A stretch of DNA of 64,000 nucleotides from Candidatus Obscuribacteraceae bacterium. GTDB lineage: Bacteria; Cyanobacteriota; Vampirovibrionia; Obscuribacterales; Obscuribacteraceae. The stretch spans positions 64,001 through 128,000 of the forward strand of contig JBGASG010000009.1 in NCBI GenBank assembly GCA_044229845.1, written 5' to 3'. Of the stretch, positions 57,351-64,000 are shown in pieces. Positions within the stretch are counted from its first letter, which is position 1; each line of letters begins with the position of its first letter. The notes beneath the pieces were generated by a model. That model searched no databases and was not told the DNA's origin. It was given only the letters and a program-made list of their open reading frames with translations. A program made the position numbers and the translations under genes.

Positions 57351-59207
57351 TCACTGCTGTCCGCTGCCGCCCAGACGACGAATATCCAGCTGCTGGTTGA
57401 CCTTGAAGCTGCCTGTCAGCAATCCTCGTTTGACGATGCCAAACCACGGATATACCAGGCTCATTTGCTGTGGTCGCGGAAACACACCATTCTCTGCAAA
57501 GTAGCGGCTGCGTGCCATCACGCCTTCCAGCTGTGGAACCGACCAGCCGGTCTGCTCCCGCAGGTATGTTCGCCCTGCTGCGTTGTCGTAGCTGTCTAAG
57601 AAACTTCGCGCATTTTCGCGCACGGTTTGAGGTGCGACCTTTCCCTGCAGATCTTTATAGAGGAGGGTGTTCAATCCATCCCACCCTCTCAAGAAACCGG
57701 CGTCCGGCACCAGATCCCACGTGTGATTGGCTGGTTTGAGGGCGTCCTGCATGTCTATATTTTTGACGGTCTTCTGCCCGTTTGCTTTCTCAACAACTAG
57801 ATTGTTCAGGGCGTGGTTGTCCCATTCGCCGAGAATCATCCGATCGGCCATGGCGCTGGCGAAACTGTTTTGTAATTGCGTATCACTGCGAAATGCCCGC
57901 AGCATGTTTTGCGGAGTGTCGGAGCCATAGAGACTTTTAGCCTTATCACTCAAGTAAGCGCGCAGATCCACGCCTTCCATAGATTGCATGTATCCCGGCT
58001 GCAGGTTACCTTCGTTTTTGATGAAACGGGCGACCGTAGCCGGGGAGCCTTCCGGATTGATGCCCGAGATTTTGCCGAAAGCGTAGCCGGAAACTTCGGC
58101 CTGCATTCGCTGATGATATCCTGGTACGTTCACATCTGGACGAAAGAGTGTCGGTCGCGTACTACCGTCAGGCAACGTGACTTTGCCGCTGACGACCGTG
58201 TTAGTGAGATTCTCACTGACGGTTAGCGGAGTGAAGGTGCCGTCTCGCATAGCCTGCAACTCGGCATCCAAAAATGTCGGCAACTTCGGCGGCTGACCAA
58301 AGCCGGGCTGCGAAGAATAGTCGATGCGCGAATAGCGTTCGGCTTGTCTGCCGCCGAGATACCCGCTCAGTGCGCCAAACCCGCCCTCGGTGGCGGTGCG
58401 CTCGATAAGGCGAAGCGGGTCGATGTCGCCCGTGCGAATCTGCCGCATCAATTCATGGCCGCCACCACTGGCGACACCAATGGTGGCGCCGGTAAACGTG
58501 CTGGTAATCATCGGATTGAAGTAGGCCGTGCCTCGCGTGCGGCTGTATAAGCGTCCCCAGACAATATCGGCTGCGCCGAAAGAAGCCATGTCCATGACCA
58601 GCATTTCCGGGCGCAATGTGGTGCTGAGCGCGGTGCTTACGCCTCTTTTGACCGAATAGTCCCCGTTCTTGTCGAGATAGTTTTCGCGCGTCAGCAACGA
58701 GTCAGAGCCGCGATTCATGATACCCATCTCAAGACCGATAGTCGTCGGTGCTTGCTTGAAGTTTTTCGCCAGCAGGAATGTGCCTTTCAGCGCGCCGGCT
58801 TTGCCCAACCCCAGGGCACCATCAATGAGTTGGTTTTGCCACGAGTCGCCGTACTTAGCTTCGTCTGAAGCGTACAGACCACCCAACGCCAGATAGCCCT
58901 TCGGACCTTCCATAAAGAGCGGCGCTAACTTCAATGCCGCCTTTGTAAAGCCGGTCCACTCCTCAGTCCGCCTTTCGTCCAGCACCGTGCCCAGCACCGG
59001 GCGTACTGTGTTATTGAGCGCTATATCCAGATAGGAGTCTTTCCTCTGCGCCTGTTGCGGCGGCTGCCACTGAAAAACGCCGACATCAAGTTCCGCGCCC
59101 CGATGGCGATCCTGGACGTAGCGTTCCAGTCCGCGTTTGCTGCTGTGGTCGTCCATGGACATGGGATACCGGGATGCCTGTGGCAGAATGATTGCGGGAA
59201 GCGACAA
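57351..59207 (-). CDS. Hypothetical protein: Gly-rich hydrophobic N-terminal half plus kinase-like (PI3/4K/HipA-like) C-terminal domain; start uncertain
   Basis: 618-aa ORF; AEVSGY...SPATVAR...GYMQ...DRMILGEWDNHALNNLV...NIDM. Confidence 0.6.
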   Translation of the reverse strand: MSLPAIILPQASRYPMSMDDHSSKRGLERYVQDRHRGAELDVGVFQWQPPQQAQRKDSYLDIALNNTVRPVLGTVLDERRTEEWTGFTKAALKLAPLFMEGPKGYLALGGLYASDEAKYGDSWQNQLIDGALGLGKAGALKGTFLLAKNFKQAPTTIGLEMGIMNRGSDSLLTRENYLDKNGDYSVKRGVSTALSTTLRPEMLVMDMASFGAADIVWGRLYSRTRGTAYFNPMITSTFTGATIGVASGGGHELMRQIRTGDIDPLRLIERTATEGGFGALSGYLGGRQAERYSRIDYSSQPGFGQPPKLPTFLDAELQAMRDGTFTPLTVSENLTNTVVSGKVTLPDGSTRPTLFRPDVNVPGYHQRMQAEVSGYAFGKISGINPEGSPATVARFIKNEGNLQPGYMQSMEGVDLRAYLSDKAKSLYGSDTPQNMLRAFRSDTQLQNSFASAMADRMILGEWDNHALNNLVVEKANGQKTVKNIDMQDALKPANHTWDLVPDAGFLRGWDGLNTLLYKDLQGKVAPQTVRENARSFLDSYDNAAGRTYLREQTGWSVPQLEGVMARSRYFAENGVFPRPQQMSLVYPWFGIVKRGLLTGSFKVNQQLDIRRLGGSGQQ

Positions 59208-59265
59208 AATTGCTGTCCTACCTATATATGCCCAAAAACTGACGGGCGGAACCTATCCGGCAAAT

Positions 59266-59305
59266 TAGTTGACAAAGTCAATAAACTAATTGACAATGAC
59301 AACTA
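59266..59305. promoter_or_regulatory. Tandem palindromic operators upstream of MarR-GNAT gene
   Basis: TAGTTGAC-AAA-GTCAATAA (59266) and TAATTGAC-AAT-GACAACTA (59287); each contains TTGACA. Confidence 0.65.
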
Positions 59306-59327
59306 AATCCCTGGCTTGAGAGGCCCC

Positions 59328-60290
59328 ATGCGGAGTACCCAAACCCTCGCGCAACCGCTGGCAGAGCGGGTCGAGCAGGTCCGCCGTTTTAATCGTTTCT
59401 ACACTAGGCAAATTGGCGTGCTCCGCGAGGGGTTTCTCGACTCTTCATACTCACTTGCCGAAGTCCGAGTCCTGTCGGAGCTGTTTCGTAGTGGCGAAGT
59501 CACATCCGCCGCGTTGTGCAAAGAACTGGATCTTGATCCCGGCTATTTGAGTCGAATTTTGAAAAAGTTCGAGTCTGACAAGCTGGTCTCGCGAAAGCGC
59601 AGCGACAACGATGGCAGGCAGCAAATGCTTTCACTCACCGAATTGGGACTGCGAACATTCAAGCCATTGAACGAAAAGCAACATCTACAAGTATCCGAAA
59701 CGCTGGAGCACCTGGATGAAACTGCGCAGCAGCAGTTAATTGCGGCAATGAAAGTGATTGAAACGCTGCTCCGCGACTCGGGTGAGGCAGGCAGCATCGA
59801 ACGCAATCGGTCCTTTGTAATCAGGCAACATCATCCCGGCGACATGGGATGGGTTGTTCATCGGCACGGCGCCCTCTACGCAAAAGAGTACAACTGGACC
59901 GACGAATTCGAAGCACTGGTGGCAAAGATTGTCGCCGAGTTCATCGAGAACTATGACCCGGCTTGCGAACGTTGCTGGATCGCGGAAAGGGATGGCGAGA
60001 TTCTTGGCGCCGTCTTCCTGGTGAAAAAATCCAAGTCTGTTGCGCAATTGCGACTCTTCTATGTCGAGCCCACTGAGCGTGGTCAGGGTATCGGCAAAAA
60101 ACTTGTCGGGGAGTGCATTCAGTTTGCTCGTCAATGTGGCTATCGAAGTGTCGTGCTCTGGACGCAGAGCAATCTTGATGCTGCCAGGCACATCTACAAG
60201 CGCGCCGGGTTTGTGAAAAAATCCGAAGAGCCGCACCACAGCTTTGGCAAAGATCTGGTCGCCGAAACCTGGGAACTGGCACTCGACTGA
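59328..60290 (+). CDS. Bifunctional MarR HTH regulator / GNAT acetyltransferase
   Basis: VRRFNRFYT, LDPGYLSRIL, D.R, PGDMGWVVHRHG, RGQGIGKKL, ARHIY...GF. Confidence 0.92.
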   Translation: MRSTQTLAQPLAERVEQVRRFNRFYTRQIGVLREGFLDSSYSLAEVRVLSELFRSGEVTSAALCKELDLDPGYLSRILKKFESDKLVSRKRSDNDGRQQMLSLTELGLRTFKPLNEKQHLQVSETLEHLDETAQQQLIAAMKVIETLLRDSGEAGSIERNRSFVIRQHHPGDMGWVVHRHGALYAKEYNWTDEFEALVAKIVAEFIENYDPACERCWIAERDGEILGAVFLVKKSKSVAQLRLFYVEPTERGQGIGKKLVGECIQFARQCGYRSVVLWTQSNLDAARHIYKRAGFVKKSEEPHHSFGKDLVAETWELALD

Positions 60291-60299
60291 TTGCCTCGA

Positions 60300-60830
60300 C
60301 TACATGGCAACGAAACTTGCCAGAATCTTGCTGAACAGTTTTTCTTGCTTCGGAAAGTTCTCGCGGGTATCAGCGCACGTGACGATAAAGCACCGCCCGT
60401 TTGAGATTGCAAACAGTGTCATGATCTTGCGTTTTTCGCCATTTACGTTCGTGTCGGCGATCATGACGCGTGTCTGGCGTGGAGGCACACCGCTGGTGGT
60501 GTCGGACTTGACGTTCCATGATATTCCCCACTGTTTTCGCTCGCTATCGCCCAGTAACTTCAGTGTCAAGCCAGCCTCAGCTGGTCTGACGCGCACCTTA
60601 AGTGAAGGCAGTTCGTTGGCGGAATTGATGACTTCACGCGGCGCCGCGACGACCGGCAAAATTACATCGTTGCGCGTCTTCCAACTGACGGGCAGCTTGA
60701 TTGCGAAGTGCGATGCAGAGAAGTCATGACTTTTGAGAGAAACGTCAGGCGGAGGGACCGCGCATACCGGCACTGAGTTACCAATTACGGCAACTAGAAC
60801 CAGCAAACTAACCAGAATAAGGCGCTTCAT
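60300..60830 (-). CDS. Secreted PsbP/DcrB-like protein
   Basis: Signal peptide MKRLILV; FAIKLPVSW...LFSKILASF. Confidence 0.55.
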   Translation of the reverse strand: MKRLILVSLLVLVAVIGNSVPVCAVPPPDVSLKSHDFSASHFAIKLPVSWKTRNDVILPVVAAPREVINSANELPSLKVRVRPAEAGLTLKLLGDSERKQWGISWNVKSDTTSGVPPRQTRVMIADTNVNGEKRKIMTLFAISNGRCFIVTCADTRENFPKQEKLFSKILASFVAM

Positions 60831-61016
60831 CGCACGGAACTTTGCCGACCCAATCTTAGTCACTTCCACAAAGCAATCTAAAGCAATAGAGGTAGTTATG
60901 GTTATTCTCTGGGGTCCGAGTCTGCTGCTCAGCATCGTTTTGTCGATTGCATTAACACTTTTGCTCAACGCTATCATTCGTCACTAACTTGGCAGGCTTT
61001 CTCTCGGGGCGCCGCC

Positions 61017-62582
61017 CTATTGCGCCGGGTTCATATGCCCGCGTAACCAGGTCGTCACGCCTTCCAATAGAAGCGGTGTGAACTGACTGTTCTCGAAAAT
61101 CAAATGCTCTTTTCCGCCAAGCAAAATTAGTGTCTTGTCGGGCGTTTTGATTGCTTCGAACAGGTCCATAGTACTGCCCGGCTTGACCAGCGGATCAGCT
61201 GCGCCCTGCGTGATCAACACAGGCAGGTCGAGTTCGCTGACCACGCCCTTCGTCTTTTTCATGAACGAATCGAATTCCATCAACTCCTTGGGAGAAACGT
61301 GCTTTCGCACGCCCGGGTCGTTTTTGAATTTATCGACGGTCTCTTGATCTCGACTAGTGTGTTCGATCACATCCTCGGTGATATCGAAATCGTTTCCTGG
61401 TTTCGTCAGCAAATTAAAGGCAACTTTGAAGGCCGTTTCCTTGCCGTTGAAACGGTCCGCCGCCGGCACCGAAGAAATGACTCCATCGACGAGCGGGCAG
61501 TCGCAAGCTGATTGCAAGGCAATCGCTCCGCCCATCGATTCGCCGACGAGGAACAGTTTCACCCCTGGATTGTATGCCTTGAGAATTTTGGCAAGGTCCT
61601 TTATGTCATTGGCGCAGAAGTCAAAATCCAGCTCGTCATACTTTCGCAAAGTGCGCCAGGAGCCAAAGCCTCGCACATCCATTGCAGCAACCAGCGCACC
61701 CTTCTTGGACATCTCTTCGCCAAAGCCGGCAAAACACGACTTGTGCAAACCCATGCCATGTATGCAAAGGAGAATAACCCAGGGCTTGGTGCCCTGGGGC
61801 GGACGCCAGGTCAATACTGGTGACTTATCAACTTTTGGTTCCAGTACATCCCAGAGATCTCTGGGCAGCGCCGGACGATCATGGTGCACCAAGATTGGTG
61901 GCAGATCGATCACCCTGCGAAAAGCGATGGCAGCGCGATTCAGCGCCAAATTGGCTTCAGTTGTCTTGCCCTGTTTCTCGTAGCAGTCTTTTAAGCCCAT
62001 ATATGTCCAGCCGATCTTATCGTCGCGCTCGACCTCTTGCAACTTAGCCAGCTGTTTCAAGTACTCGGCGGCTTGCTCATAGTCTTCATCGTAGAAGTAC
62101 ACATCGCTCATTGCTTTCAGTACTGCTTCTTTGAAGTCGAGAGAATTGACCACGCCATCGGCATGACTCAACGCGTCTGTGTAATGTTTGATCGCTGCTT
62201 CGCTTTTGCCTTTGATCGCTTCGCAATCTCCGAGATGCTTGTGCAATGGTGGAGCATATTGTGCGTAGCGTGGACAGTCCGGCGTGAACCAGTCGATAGC
62301 CTGCTGCAAGTGTTTGGCTGCTTCGCCGAATTCTTCCTCTGCGAATTCACACGCGGCCAGGTTCGACGCTATGCGGGCGGCGACGCACTTGTTCGATTTT
62401 GATTCCGTCGGCAATCGTTTCTTCAGTTGCATCTTCAGGTTCTCAAGGCGAGTTTCCATGGTTTCGTTCTTCACCATGTCGCCTGGCTCTGCCATCACAG
62501 GTGGTGAGGACATGAACAGACTGGAGATGGTCATCGCTGCTGCCAACACAGCAAGAACTGTCGTTTTTCGCAGGGGCATCAT
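61017..62582 (-). CDS. Secreted TPR-domain alpha/beta hydrolase
   Basis: Signal peptide, TPR-like helices, CIHGMG, DVRGFG, GESMGG, DPLV, EHLI. Confidence 0.85.
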   Translation of the reverse strand: MMPLRKTTVLAVLAAAMTISSLFMSSPPVMAEPGDMVKNETMETRLENLKMQLKKRLPTESKSNKCVAARIASNLAACEFAEEEFGEAAKHLQQAIDWFTPDCPRYAQYAPPLHKHLGDCEAIKGKSEAAIKHYTDALSHADGVVNSLDFKEAVLKAMSDVYFYDEDYEQAAEYLKQLAKLQEVERDDKIGWTYMGLKDCYEKQGKTTEANLALNRAAIAFRRVIDLPPILVHHDRPALPRDLWDVLEPKVDKSPVLTWRPPQGTKPWVILLCIHGMGLHKSCFAGFGEEMSKKGALVAAMDVRGFGSWRTLRKYDELDFDFCANDIKDLAKILKAYNPGVKLFLVGESMGGAIALQSACDCPLVDGVISSVPAADRFNGKETAFKVAFNLLTKPGNDFDITEDVIEHTSRDQETVDKFKNDPGVRKHVSPKELMEFDSFMKKTKGVVSELDLPVLITQGAADPLVKPGSTMDLFEAIKTPDKTLILLGGKEHLIFENSQFTPLLLEGVTTWLRGHMNPAQ

Positions 62583-62615
62583 AATGTTTCGTCCTTGATT
62601 TGAGACTTGATCCGC

Positions 62616-63446
62616 CTAACCGGCGGGCAGCACGCGGCCGGCATGGTGAAAACGCTTGTAATACCAGGATGTCTCCGTGAAGGGGCGGATCTGCACACCC
62701 GTAGGAATTGATTTGCCGTTGCAATCAACGTGTCCGGTGGCAGTGCAGTCGATGATCAATGGCACACCATTGGGAGACTTGCCGTACTTGCCCAGCCACA
62801 TCACCACATGACTGCATTCGTTCTGTTGGTCTTTGGCGCGGATGAACAGCAGATCTCCGGGAAGCAGTTTCTCGCCGAATGAGGTGTATTCGGGTCCTGT
62901 TTCTACTGGCTGCAGAGCTAGAGCTGCCTGTTTGTGCACATCGGAGGTGAACTTTATTCCCAGCCCGTAGTTATAAACCCAGGCCGTGAAATTGCTGCAA
63001 TCCAGCCCGGGCGAATTCTTGCCGAACGGAACTTCGCGCATCGGCCAATCAGCAGGCGGTCCCCACGCCGGAATATGATGATGCTGGTACTCGAGATTAA
63101 TGTACTTGCTGGCCACGGCAAGCAGGCGCTGTTGCTGCCACGCCAGGGACGCCGTTGCGTGATTGGACAACTGAGGATAGGTGCGCGCCGGCGGACCCCA
63201 GGTGCCGTATCGCCGCCGCGTGGCATCGCTGTACCACTGATTAACGGGCACAATTTCTGATTGCAGCGCAGCTTCGTTGCGCGGGGCGTGCGAATCGGGC
63301 GCCAACAATTCATCAAGCGGAATCTCGAAGTTTATCGCGTATGGAGACACATAGCGGCTATCACTTTCGGCGACAGCGCCGGACGCACCGGCAGCGAGCA
63401 ATCCGCAAATTGTCAGTGATGAAACTGCCGCCGTGGCTTTCTTCAT
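62616..63446 (-). CDS. Secreted NlpC/P60 family peptidase
   Basis: Signal peptide; GLDCSNFT, PGDLLF, SHVVMW. Confidence 0.82.
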   Translation of the reverse strand: MKKATAAVSSLTICGLLAAGASGAVAESDSRYVSPYAINFEIPLDELLAPDSHAPRNEAALQSEIVPVNQWYSDATRRRYGTWGPPARTYPQLSNHATASLAWQQQRLLAVASKYINLEYQHHHIPAWGPPADWPMREVPFGKNSPGLDCSNFTAWVYNYGLGIKFTSDVHKQAALALQPVETGPEYTSFGEKLLPGDLLFIRAKDQQNECSHVVMWLGKYGKSPNGVPLIIDCTATGHVDCNGKSIPTGVQIRPFTETSWYYKRFHHAGRVLPAG

Positions 63447-63644
63447 GTCCAAAATCCGCCTCGATTTTCATGGGACTCATAAGTTTAAGTGAGATGGGGC
63501 ATACGAGCAAAACCATGGGTAACCGCTAAACATCAGAGGGATCCGGTAATCTCCTTGACAGCTGCGCCGTGCTAATCTGTGCCCCATTCGATATCTATTC
63601 GGTCTGACTTTGCAACAGCCGTAAGACATAAGAGGGACATATAA

Positions 63645-64000
63645 ATGAAGAAGCAACTGGTCATGGGAATCAGTGCGACCGAAGCTGAAGCGAACGCGGT
63701 TGTTGAATCGCTTAAAACCGCCGGCTTTGCCACTGAAGACATTTCGGTTCTGATGAAAGAAGACGCCGTCAAACGCGATCTTAGCGACAGCACAATCCTC
63801 AAAGGCGCAACCAGAGGCGCTGAAGGTGGAGTGCTTGCAGGTGGAGCTATCGGCTTGTTGGCCGGTATCGGCTTGATCACCATTCCAGCGCTTGGACCGT
63901 TCATCGCTGCCGGTCCGTTGATGGCCGCCATCGCCGGTGCCGCCATGGGTGGTGCTTCGGGCGGATTGGGTGGTGCGCTTTTGGGCGTCACCATGCCAGA
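63645..64000 (+). CDS. General stress protein (YflT/17M-like) with glycine-zipper region, partial
   Basis: AGAGGG SD, ATG 63645: MKKQLVMG...LKTAGFATEDISVL...GLLAGIGLITIPALGPFIAAGP; open to the window end and absent from the ORF track. Confidence 0.8.
   Translation, partial: MKKQLVMGISATEAEANAVVESLKTAGFATEDISVLMKEDAVKRDLSDSTILKGATRGAEGGVLAGGAIGLLAGIGLITIPALGPFIAAGPLMAAIAGAAMGGASGGLGGALLGVTMP

Overview
Bacterial chromosomal window of moderately high GC. The gene content is suggestive of a Melainabacteria/Obscuribacterales-like organism, but this is inference only. Main contents: (1) a 750+ aa minus-strand ORF running off the left edge, absent from the ORF track, ending in a GH15/phosphorylase-kinase-like domain; (2) a coupled cluster of a TIGR04222-type membrane protein with a Gly/Cys tail, a DUF692 (MNIO) enzyme and a partner protein, flanked by bestrophin-like genes; (3) ppk2 and a SWIM-SNF2 helicase; (4) a His6-leader-attenuated histidine operon: hisG, hisH, hisF, a hisA-hisI-hisE fusion, an AspC-like aminotransferase, a divergent hisD, an unknown kinase-fold protein and a HAD protein. 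It has no recognisable hisB or hisC and is the best candidate here for an undescribed pathway variant; (5) a mixed accessory region with DUF5131, DUF6088, a VUT-like/GGDEF fusion, tandem serpins, peptidases, methyltransferases, LysR, KptA and tandem membrane Ser/Thr kinases; (6) two related IS200/IS605 elements, one complete (tnpA+tnpB) splitting an ankyrin gene and one tnpA-less with a frameshifted tnpB; (7) GH63+GH13, a pilin-like gene, MarR-GNAT with tandem operators, a TPR-hydrolase, NlpC/P60 and a partial stress protein. I saw no rRNA, tRNA or CRISPR array. All family calls come from motif recognition by eye; no database search was run.
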